64,000 bases of DNA, taken from the NCBI GenBank assembly GCA_040285825.1, contig JAUPSS010000008.1:930001-994000 (forward strand), written 5' to 3'. The position numbers and the translations under genes are program-made. Source of the stretch: Eukaryota sp. TZLM1-RC. Taxonomy: Eukaryota > Protista > Metamonada: BaSk clade. The notes under the pieces were generated by a model. It did not search any database. It was not told the DNA's origin and saw only the letters and a program-made list of their open reading frames with translations. This document shows positions 23,350 through 34,103 of the stretch, piece after piece; position 1 is the first letter of the stretch, and each line of letters opens with the position of its first letter.

Positions 23350-26300
23350 ACGGATGGTAATCCGTCTGTCGTCTACCCAGCAAAGAGATTTCTCGAAACT
23401 ATTAACGACAAAACAAACAATCAATTGATGGACACATATATCATTTGGATTGGCAAGTTTGATTCAAGTAACGAGAAACTGGGCGATGCGATTTACGATT
23501 TAGGTAACGCATTTGTTAACAAGGTCAATAGCCTTGAATCCTCGACCAAAGACATGAATTTGATAAGAACAGCTTTTGGTGCTCACGCTCCTGCGCAAAA
23601 AGGACGAAGCCAGTCAAAAGGTCCTTTTAAGAACCCTAGAGTAAGCAGTCGACCCATCCCTTCAGAGCAATGGTGTAACTTATGTAAAACCAATAAACAT
23701 CCTGAAGAGAATTGTTTTAAATTAGTGGGAAGACCTGGTTCAAAAAAGCGTCAAGGAGGTCAAAGACGTGATAGAAAACGTAAAAGTAGTAGTAATAAAT
23801 CAGATGATTATACATCTTTTAACAATAACCTTACAAATAATTCAATCAAATCCATTTATAAAATGAGCAAAACAGATTCGAATTATAATCACCTAAATCC
23901 ATTTAAAAGATTTAGAGAGTCATCCAATCCTGTGGGTTCTATCCACAGTGTTAGACTATCCAGGGTAGCAGAGGACCAAGAAAGTTCTAACGGGGAACTT
24001 TGGTTAACCTGCACCATAAATAACGTGGAAGTACAAGGCGAAATTGATAATGGAGCTGCATTTTCAGCATTATCAATGGATTTAGCCTCTAAATGTAATA
24101 TGACAGTTAATGACAATAAGACTGTCGAATACTTATCGGCAAATGGTATTCGCTCCACGACCCTGGGATGTGCAAGTGGTGTTCTTGCTCTAAATGTGGG
24201 TAGCTTGGCCATTCAAGTGTTTTTAAGGATCGAATTCCAGATCATTGCTGGTACCAATAATTTTTTGATCGGAAGAGACTTATTACAAACCTTGGGGCTA
24301 CGCACAGAGCACGGTTTTAATATTAATTTGGATCGCGAACATCGCACCATCTTAAATGCTGAATGTGAGTTCGATAATAGAATTTGTCAACCAATTAGAT
24401 TCATTGAACAATTGAGTAATAAATCAGACTTAGGTAATGATTTTGGGCATTCCACATTTAGACATGAGTTAGATGAGTTGGGCTGTAGATTATGCCTGGA
24501 TGACATTAGGGACAAAGAACGCCTAGTGGTGCTACTCGAAAAATATAGAAATGTATTTAGTGGGCTACCTCACCCGGATGGAATTGATTGTCAGCCGATG
24601 ACCATTCCATTTTATGACGAAAGTAAGGTCGTCAAAAAGAAACCTCGAAGATTAAACCCAGAAAAACAACGGGTAGCCGAGGAAATTTTTAACGAATTGA
24701 TCCGTAATGGATTTGCTGTGCCCGCAAAGTCTCAATTCAGTAGTCCCATCTGTCTTGTGATTTACCCTGATCACAGGAAACCACGATTAACTGGCGATTT
24801 TAGTGGTATTGGTGGAGTAAATGATTTAACTAAACCTGTAGAGACAAATTTGCCCAGGATTAGCGACATTTTAGAGTTTCTAAGTAAAGCTAATTATATA
24901 GCAACTCTAGACTTACCTAAGGCATTTTGGCAGCTCAAAATTGCAGAAGAGGATATTGATAAAACTACCGTATCAATTCCCGGGATGTCGATCAGTTTTA
25001 AAAGGGCTTGTTTTGGTTTGAAGAACGTTCCTGCAGTCTTCCAAAACATGATGATGGAAATATTTGATTCTGAGGGCGTATTTATTTATATCGATGATAT
25101 AATAATAGTAGCTTCGACCCTGGATGAATTTCTATCTAGAGTAGGTACGGTCCTAGAACGCGCCAAACGTTTTAGAGTTAACCTTGGCCTACCCAAGTGT
25201 AGCTTCACCACTTGCAAACATGAAATAAAAATTCTAGGTAGTATTTTTGTAAACAAAACCCGTTATATAGATGAATCTAGGATCGAGGGACTGATCAGCC
25301 TACCCAAACCCAGGACATTACCTGAAGTTAGGAGTTTTATAGGTTCAATCAATTATATACGTGACTGGTTGCCAAATTTGTCTGACTTGATAGAACCAAT
25401 CAGCAAATTAACCAGAAACAAACCGTCAAAAATCAAGTGGACTCCTGATCATGACGAGGCTTTTGGTAAGATTATAAATCTTATCAAAGCAAATATCCCT
25501 CTTGAATTGCCCTCAGAAGACAAGCATATTTTAATAAGTGCTGACGCGTCCGATGTGGCTGTAGGTGGAGTAATATGGCAAGAAGCTAACCCACCTAAAG
25601 ATCCTACGACACCGCTAATTAAGAGAAAGGTTGTACCTATTGCCTTCTTTAGCAGATTATTATCAATTTCACAAAAGAATTGGTCTGAACTTCAGAAAGA
25701 GTTGTATGCAATTTTACTAATTCTCACTGACAGTAGTTTAGAAAATTATTTAATTTCGAGGAAATTAACTATTTTCACTGATCATAGAAATTTAGCATAC
25801 CTCATATCAGCTCCTGAAAAGAACAGAATTGTGAAGAGGTGGCTACCAATATTGTCAGAATTCAATTTTGATGTAGTCCACACTGCAGGCGAGGAGAATT
25901 ATTGGGCAGACATGTTGTCTAGATTGGTTGACACCAAACCCAAAACTCCTCGAGTCCAACAAGTGAGAAACTTGGCACCTCACAGAGTTGAAGAACAATT
26001 ACTCTATTTAAATTTATTAACTAGAGTTAATTTGTTAAGGGATGATATTACTCAACCGTCCACAATTGAGCTACCCACGATCAATAGCTTATCTGCACTG
26101 AAAGAAGCAGTTGAGGATACTAAATTTGATTTATTTGACACTTGGATCTCAAAGATTAGGCAAGAACAACTTATAGATGTTGATTCCAATTTTGATTATT
26201 ATAAAGATTACAATTATAATTCAGATATTCAATTGTATACCAACAATCGTGGGAAGATTGTCATCCCAGATAGTTTAAAGAAGCAGACTTTAACTATCAT

Positions 26301-27646
26301 TCAAGGACATGCAAATGTTGGCCATCCTAGTGTGACGACTAGCGTAAAGAAATTACTCAATAGTGATTACTTTTGGCCCGACATGCGCAAAGACATGATT
26401 AACCATATTAAGAGATGCCCAGCATGTCAAAAGACGGCACATGTGCCTAAAAATGTCATTGAATCATCTGGCTCTCTTTGGGCTGATCGACCTTGTGCAC
26501 GATTAAACGCAGATACTATTGGACCATTACAACAAGATGATAATGGATTCAAATATTTAATAGTTTTTGTAGACTCGTTCACCAGGTATACGATCATTTG
26601 CCCTGAAAAGGAATTGAATGCAGTGGAGGCAACCAATCACCTCCTATGGAGTGTAGTATCAATTTTTGGTATCCCACTGTTGATTCATAGTGACAATGGT
26701 ATTGAATTTGCAAATGCCATATTCAAAGGGTTATGCGATTTATTAAACAATGAAGTAAGTCGTTCACTAACTAGCTTTTCACAAAGCAATGGTTTAGTAG
26801 AAAGAACGACACAGAGACATTTTACAAAGTCTAAGAAAGATTTTGGTGGACTCTGGCGATTATAGCAATTGGAGTGAATATATCCCAATTGTACAACTTC
26901 AAATCAATTCAACTATTAGTAGAGTTACTGGTCATTCGCCCTACAATTTAATGTTTGGTAGCGACCACAGCCCTAGAGCTGATCCTAGTAATATGTTTGA
27001 ATTAATAAAATCAGCTAATGTTAATATTCCCTTTGTTAAAGATCTTGAAGCAAAACTGGAAAGGATTTCAAAGAAGAGAGAAGAGGCAGAGCTCAGGCAA
27101 GCTCAACAACTGCCTGAAGTTAACAAACATAGGAACCCTTTTAATAAAGGTGACTTAGTTTTGCGATTAAAGACTAATGGTAAACTCCATGGTTGCTTCG
27201 CTGGCCCTTTTCTCGTTGAAGAAGTTAAATCCAATAAAAGTTTATTACTCAAGAATCTTGTCACTGGTTCGATGTCTACGGCAAGTATAAATCATTGTAA
27301 ACTATACCTTTCAGACTTCCCTAAAGAAGATCTTGATTGGCATAAGAATATTGCTGCTGGCGATATGGAAGAATCTGTAATCGTTAAAATTATAGATCAC
27401 TTTGATTACGTAGATTCGAACAATAATAAAGTTCCTTATTGTACCGCAGTTTGGTATGGCGGCGAGACTTCGTCTGTCCCAGTTGCTGACGTCAAAAGCA
27501 CTGAGGCATATCAAACATATTTGCGCTCAATTAGTCCTCACACTACCAGGAAACGGAAGGCATCTTCTAATTCCAAATCTAAGACTAATTCCCCTGCAGT
27601 CAGTACTCGTAGCTCTCGTTCGAGACCTAAGAGAGGGAAAAGGTAG
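23350..27646 (+). pseudogene. pol: NC zinc knuckle, protease, RT, RNase H, integrase and chromodomain-like C-terminus; +1 frameshift near 26806
   Basis: CNLCKTNKHPEENC; IDNGA; LDLPKAFWQL; YIDDII; DASD..GG, KELYAI, TDHRNL; H..H..CPAC; DTIGP, SDNGIEF, SNGLVER; GPF; VKIIDH..YCTAVWYGGETSSVP. An extra A turns ERRHRDIL into ERTTQRHF. Confidence 0.92.
27629..27646 (+). other. Polypurine tract
   Basis: AAGAGAGGGAAAAGGTAG immediately precedes the 3' LTR and also encodes the last pol codons. Confidence 0.85.
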
Positions 27647-27782
27647 TGTTGCACTGTGGACAATTAGTCTAGTACATTTATGTTTATATAACATAGTTCA
27701 CTAGTGATGGCCTTTATAAGGGCCGGTGAAATTCTAATAGATTATTCCTTATTCTTTGTTATCATATATGGATAAAGCATCA
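27647..27782 (+). repeat. 3' LTR (136 bp)
   Basis: Direct repeat of 20874-21009. Confidence 0.95.
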
Positions 27783-28579
27783 TTAGACTTTGAAATGAGT
27801 AAACTTTCCATCACTGAAATGCAAAATTAGCAACTATTCCTCTTGGTGAATCTTCAAAAAGAAATGATCCAGTCAAAAAATCTAAATTTGACAACAAGAA
27901 TTCAAGACTCTGTTATTTCGTACTTTATAATGTATGTCTACTGTCCAATTATTTTTCTGTCAACTCACAAATCAGGACTGTCTTCCTTCTTTATTCATCT
28001 TTATTTTTTGACATAAGAATTGAATCAGGTCTTAACTCAGTCACAACCAAAGGAAATTAACATAATGATTTGTGTGATAAGGTGAATCGCATCACAATGA
28101 TCTAGGAAATGAACCCAGAGGTTAACAAAATTATTTTAAATTGAATCATGTCTCGATTTTGGTCTATTGTATATTTCGGAAACTTGTTGACGTGGACGGC
28201 TGCATAAAATCTGACACAATATTGCTGGTTCAGATTGACGTAAAGAGGAGACTGGAGCCAATTGTATAGATCCATCAGGCATTTTCCGACAAATGTTCCA
28301 TCGACAAATGTTATCAGCAGTAGGTAACACATTCAAGGAAGAACAAATTGCACACTTAATGATTCTCGAAGGTAGTTCATTCAACATGGACAACCAATGA
28401 TGATGAGCATTCATATTTGCTGAGTATCTAATTAAATTTTCTCTCTTTAGCTCACTTGCTCACACCACCCTACAATTTCTAGCAAATTTTGTACTGATTG
28501 TTAAAAATAGGACCAATAATTGTAACAGATTGTTTTTGTGGAAAGGAATTGTTTTATCCACTGTTTAGAGGATGCTGAA

Positions 28580-28720
28580 GATGACTTCTGAAGCAATGAT
28601 TTCTCTCCGCTCTCACTCTGAGAAAGTTGCATCTAGTGGTTGTGTATTGAGAGAACTGTATTATTTAGATGTTGATTTATCAGATGCTTAATTGATGCAT
28701 TTTTGAAAGATAATGAATAA
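28580..28720 (+). mobile_element. Possible hAT transposase C-terminal dimerisation remnant
   Basis: Frameshifted SHSEKVASSGCVLRE..LDVDLSDA..FLKDNE* resembles the hATC pattern SERxFSxxGxxL..R..L...FLKxN. Confidence 0.35.
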
Positions 28721-29545
28721 AGTTCGTTTTTAAATGTTTTTTTGTTTTTGTAAATATGTTTGATGTAGCTTTTCAAAAACACATGTTGGTCCCAAAAATT
28801 GGACAATATTTGAGTACACTAAATAATGAATAGATATTATGGGGGAGAGATTACATAACTTAACAAAAATTTCCAAAATTTACACACACAAATGAAATTG
28901 ATCTATTCCTGCATCATTTTAATGGAAATATCTTAGCATAGAAATGTGTTAAATTCAACTACTTTGTGCGCACATTACATAAACAGTTATCAATTGTTTT
29001 TGGAAATGTAGATAGCTCACCTGTTTTGAAGCTAGATCTTTACTCATTGTGATCAAAAATAGTTCTAAGTTTGAATAATTTGTCTGATTCTGTCACCATT
29101 GTGCTTCAAAGATTTGGGTTGAGTATTCTTGATGAAATTTTTGTTACAAAAAATGATATTATAATTAAACAAGACAATTGACCTGCTATTATCAAAAGTA
29201 GACTAAATTTGTTCGAATTATTCAAGTAGATTCCCTTGTGTTCAAAATTCACCTTGTGTCAGTATAAGTAGATTCCTTTTTATTTTCCTTTTACTTGCAT
29301 AAGAGAGACTATGAGTAGCAAGCAGATGAAAGTTTTTTTAGAGGAAAAAAAGTTTTTTTTCTTGGTAAAAGTGATGCATCTGGAATGAGAATGTCCTATT
29401 TGTTCGACAAATAATAATAATAAACAATTATTTCATAATAATTCAAATCAAACTCTTCGTAAAAATAAATCAAAGATGTAGTTTTAGTTGTGGTTTATAT
29501 AACATATCTACAAGATAGATTATTCATTATCATTATTATTTATTT

Positions 29546-30244
29546 CTAGATGTTGAGAATTTGACGTTCTGCTTCATTCAATAAGCTCACTAATTCTAAC
29601 CTCTTTACAACCAGCCCAAGTTTCTTTCTAGTTCTCCTCCAAGAGTGAATTACAAAAGCGTTAACTAATCGCAAACCTGCATTGGCTTCAACTGGACTAA
29701 AACAAGATGACGCTACCGAGCAACTCCTCTCACCAGGATTAGCTACTTGACCCAAAGTTTTGAAGTAATGATCATAACTATCAATTAAACTGGAATATTG
29801 GGTACAAAGACGAGCAAGATCAGAACGAAGATCTTTGATAGTTCCCTGTATTCGGAGCAACCGCTTTTCGAGAACCTTTTGCCTCCATTTTCGCATGCAA
29901 TCGGTGATGTTAGCCCGGTGTATGCTGTGAAGTATGAAAAAAGACATCCTTCTTTGGTGTTCAAGAATTTCTGTTTCTTTCAACGACATAACAGAGTGGA
30001 TCTCGGACTTGAGGAGACTGTTTTCTTGCTGGAGTTCCAAGAGCCTCCGACCGATTTCAAAAGTGTATTCTTGAGAACCATGTGCAGAGAATGAAGGTCG
30101 TGAAGAGGGCCATCGAACTGTTTGTGAATCAGGGGTGAGCTCAGGGGAGAGTTCAGACAAATCATCATATGGATGATGGGGATATGGTGGAGGGGACATG
30201 TAACTGGGACCCAATATGTTTCGAACAGTTTCAGTAATGGTCAT
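29546..30244 (-). CDS. Hypothetical coiled-coil protein
   Basis: 232-aa ATG ORF with a Pro/Ser-rich N-terminus and heptad-like segments (RLLELQQENSLLKSEI). Confidence 0.65.
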   Translation of the reverse strand: MTITETVRNILGPSYMSPPPYPHHPYDDLSELSPELTPDSQTVRWPSSRPSFSAHGSQEYTFEIGRRLLELQQENSLLKSEIHSVMSLKETEILEHQRRMSFFILHSIHRANITDCMRKWRQKVLEKRLLRIQGTIKDLRSDLARLCTQYSSLIDSYDHYFKTLGQVANPGERSCSVASSCFSPVEANAGLRLVNAFVIHSWRRTRKKLGLVVKRLELVSLLNEAERQILNI

Positions 30245-30295
30245 ACACTAAATTGCCAGTGTTTGAGTTCATGAGTGTCATCAAATGGACAAATG

Positions 30296-33200
30296 TTATT
30301 GACAAATTGACAAATGTGATGAAGGTGGGAAATACCCATAAGTACACAGATACTGAGGCCTTTCATTACCACTCATTCAAGCTTCAGCAATCGCAAACAT
30401 ATTCAAACAAGCCAGCTTATTTCTATTGAAAAGCTTTGTTGAGCCTTTGTTACTGAGTTTGCAACTTTCACTGTTACAAGCTAATGAACCATGACATGTA
30501 GTAACTGGAGTCTTTTCTCTTCTATAGAATCTGAGATCTGTCACTCTCAAAAACGTAGCAACCTTTTCAAAACAAACAGGACATTTTGCTGAAGTGAATG
30601 CTTCATTAACCATCAATACTTCAAATCCATTTCTTTTCAGAAATTGAATCCATCAATGCCTCGAGTAGGTCTCTGATGTTTCAAATTCTTGGAACCTTTT
30701 TTACCATAATCACCCATTAGAATTAAAGTGTCTTTTGCATTGCCAAACTGCTGAACAAGGCTTTTTAACAACCAACTTTCAGTCTTTTGCTTGTGAATAA
30801 AAGCTTGCATTTTATGAATGCTCCACAAGTCAAGACTGTAAAACTCAATTGTCAAAAAAAACTTGCCGAAGTTTGGCAACCACAAAGTTGGAATAATCTA
30901 TAAAAGTTGCTGAATTGGCAGCAAAGGTGGATAATTCGGTGTTTGCATCTTCGATTGTCTGGTTACTGTCTTCCTCTGCCACGGTATTTTGGGTCGCCCA
31001 TTTTGTTTGTTTTTCATTAATTCCAATTTTGAAAGACCAAGACATTTGGGTCATTCTCAACCATTTGTACTTCTTGTCCTGATTCATCACCCGACTATTT
31101 CTTTGTTGTTCGGTTTCATTTTGAGGAACCATGGCCTATTCTTGATCAGTCTTTTTACTCGCAAAGTATAATAAATTACATTTTCCAGGATCACATACAA
31201 CTATTCGTTTATCGAAAATTTTCAACATCATCAATATACAAATCAGAAAGACTGGCATTGTTGTCTGGCTTTCATTTCTGCTCTTCCAAATTTCGACGAA
31301 CGAATTCCACTGCAATATTGTAACCATTTATGTGGATAATGTTGTTGAATTTATAGCTCTTCTGTTTGAACATTGGTTGGTTTAAATCGAGAATATTATA
31401 CCATGATTCAAATTGCTGATGTGGTTTGAATTTCGTAACTTGGGCTAGTGTATTGGATATTTTCAGCGTCTGTGTAGGTGGTAAATCATCAAATAATGTT
31501 TGCTTAATAATTCTCCATAATGTTCTTGTATCAATAGGAAAATATCCAGGGCCTACAGTGGTTGAAACAGGAGAAATATGATAAGGCTTTCTCTCTCTAC
31601 TGAAGATATATTGGGCAATTGTAATTGCTGGATTTAGGAATAATTGAGGATCTTTTTCAACAGCGTCTGCAAGAAAATGTATATCCACTGGAAATATGTT
31701 ATCAACTGAATTCTCGTCAGTGACAAAATTCTCAATTTGACAAGTAAATGGCTCAATAAGACCTTCAAATATGTCTCTAAGTTCATTGTTTCTTATATCA
31801 TGTTGTTCACATAATTCGAAAAATTCATCATTCAGAAGGTCTGAAATATTTTCAGGGTGATGAAACAAAGAACTCAAACAATCTCTATCATCAACTAAAA
31901 ACAAGTTTTTGAATTGGCGAAGTCTAAATCTATATAGTAAAATAATTGTAGATAATGGCGTTGAGTATCCACCTAGCTTGTGCATTGCTGCTAACACATT
32001 TTCCACATCTACTTTGTCAAAGTAAACATTGATAAATCGATTAATATGTTTTTCATAATTTAGTTTCAAATTGTTCTCAAAATTGGTAAACATTACTGGG
32101 GCCATGTACTCAGGTGATCTACTAAATCCATCAGTTGGAAATCGTGGAAAAAACTCAGGCCTACATCTCAAATGGTCTACATAACTTATAGTTTTGTTCC
32201 ACTTTTGTTGTTCAAAGGTGGTCGATAATCTATAATCTCCTTCACCATAAACAAAGTTTTCAAAATTTCGTGGAAATGCACTTTTTGGTTTCATTATTTT
32301 TTGCCCATAATACTCAGCTGAAATATAACGAATTCTGGCCATTAATGATTCATATAATTGGAATATCTTTACGATATTCATGGTGGTTTAAAATTACGTT
32401 CAAAACAAGACTGTAAATACAGCTTTAAACAACAAGTGGTGTGAATACGTAACTGTTGAAATTTTAAAGCAGTTTCTCTAAATTTGTCTATCACATTCGA
32501 ATGTTTAACCATTGAGTTGACGGTCGCTCGAATGGTTTTATAAGATGATAAAATAAATTTGTCTTTCTGAAACAGCACAACAAGTTTCAGACAAAGGAAA
32601 CAATCATGAAGCCCTTATTGAATCGAATTTTGTCTCAGAGGAGAAGTAGCCAACCAATCAATTGGCAAAATATGGGAAAATTGCTGATGAAGTTTGATTT
32701 TCTTTTCATTTATCATTTTATATGCTAGATTGGCTAATCCATGTGGGTAGGGTATTTTAATAAATCTTTTGGCAAATACCAAAGTATCTAAAAGAAAAAT
32801 GCCATTTTCCCTGATGACAACTTCTCTCCATCTCGGTGAAAGTTGATTGAGTACATCAATTGCTGTATCATCTGGAACAGTGGGAAAAGGTAAATCAAAA
32901 TAATATAATCTATTTTTTAAAACCTGTAAATCAAACTGTATTAAATTGTGATTAAGAAGACAATGGGGTTGATGATTACCAATAAGGATTAAGAACCTAC
33001 GAAGCAAGCTTTCTTCGTCAGAGAAAATTTCTGCCTGAATACCCATATCAATGTCTGGTAATCTGACTTGAGGACTCATTCTCAATATAAGTGAATACTT
33101 ACTCTCCAAAAAGAAATTGTAGCAATCAAACTTACCAATAACAATCGAAATTAAAAACACTTTTTGATCTGAAATCCACTTAACCCATTTGCTCATCAGT

Positions 33201-33917
33201 TTTCTTTTTCAAAAGATTTACACCCTCTTTTCTCTTTTTGTTGATAATCTCGTCAGAAGGGAGAAATTGGCCATCATGATTTTGGTAAAGCTAACCATCC
33301 TGATAGGTTTCAAGATCAAAGCACATAACAGTGGGAAGATTTTGATTTGAGGTCATTGATTTGAATTGAATCAATGGATCAGGCTTGAAGCCACTAAGAC
33401 TTGGCTCAATTTTTCTGACCATACTCGGTTTCAATGGTTTTTTTGTCAAAATCTTCCTGTTCTCGATATTCAACGTTGTATTCTCAATACAAATTTCACG
33501 GCTCAGTGCTTTTTTTTGTATTTTTTGCATACGCTTTGATGTTTGTTGGTCAAAAATCGCATTTCTAATAATTGTTGATGGAGGAGTTGATTTAAAATTA
33601 GATCTTCTCTTTCTGGGACCAGGATTTGCTTCAACATCTCCATCCTTTGTTAAATCAACAGTATATGGGTTTGTTGATAGAAGTTGTTGGCAGCTACTGT
33701 CTTGAAAAGATAAATTATAAACATAATAATCAAACTCAACACTATTAAAATAACAATTTAAGACACAACATCCCATATCTAAAGTGCAAGTATCTAAACC
33801 AAAAAAATCAACAAAATCAAAAACATCAAAGTAACAACAATGTAAAACAAAACATAAACAAGAACAACATCCCATATCCAAGGTGATTATCACCATGGCT
33901 AATTCAATAGCACCCAT
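30296..33917 (-). pseudogene. Fanzor family 2 copy 1: 2A peptide, NLS, PolB-type 3'-5' exonuclease and Fanzor RuvC in one decayed frame
   Basis: DVEANPGP-RKRR; ExoI CFDLET; ExoII NHNLIQFDLQVLKNR; ExoIII (Y>stop)GLHD, in frame with the Fanzor N-terminus SYKTIRATVNS; IDTRTL; RuvC-I VCDPG; LMGDY..PTRGI; RuvC-II VNEAFTSAKCPVC; CHGSLAC..C; FNRNKLACLNM; ERPQYLC. Confidence 0.85.
33615..33656 (-). other. 2A-like StopGo ribosomal-skipping peptide DLTKDGDVEANPG/P
   Basis: Exact match to the G-D(V/I)-E-x-N-P-G-P consensus, with the upstream DLT often seen in viral 2As. Confidence 0.8.
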
Positions 33918-33949
33918 ATTGATAATTTTTTTGTAGACTTATTTGTTTG

Positions 33950-34052
33950 TTAATCACCGATTAATTTAAGATTAATCGCGATAATCGTGATAATCGATCG
34001 GACAAAGATATGACCATCCGATTAATCGACGATTCGATTTTGACAAGCCCTG
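33950..34052 (-). mobile_element. hAT-like transposon terminus with subterminal repeats
   Basis: The minus strand begins CAGGGCTTGTCAAAATCGAATCGTCGATTAATCGG at 34052, followed by clustered (GA)TTAATC(G)/GATAATCG repeats. No partner end was found. Confidence 0.55.
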
Positions 34053-34103
34053 GTTAAAGTTATCTTCGAATTTTATTTTTGTTTCTTCATACAAAACTGT
34101 CTC

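Larger units (their letters stand above)
20874..27782 (+). mobile_element. Full-length Ty3/Gypsy (chromovirus-like) LTR retrotransposon with a 4-bp TSD, TTAG
   Basis: TG...CA LTRs at 20874-21009 and 27647-27782; TTAG at 20870-20873 and 27783-27786; domain order gag-PR-RT-RNaseH-IN. Confidence 0.95.

Noticed and set aside
28102-28414. Overlapping 76-aa and 92-aa minus-strand ORFs
   Set aside because: No recognisable domain; probably decayed repeat sequence.
30257-30265. CAGTGTTTG as the partner inverted repeat of CAGGGCTTG at 34052
   Set aside because: Only 7 of 9 bases match, the match does not extend, and the flanks show no 8-bp target-site duplication.
32615-33293. TAG (33293-33291) and TAA (32617-32615) both fall at expected Tyr positions, suggesting UAR-to-Tyr recoding
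   Set aside because: Host genes in the window end normally in TAA/TAG, the 8240-aa ORF has no internal UAR, and Tyr codons are one substitution from a stop in a decaying element.
32615-33330. Exonuclease as part of a Polinton or giant-virus PolB gene
   Set aside because: No polymerase palm motifs, capsid, packaging ATPase or integrase lie nearby, and the frame continues directly into the Fanzor. A viral origin of the domain itself is not excluded.
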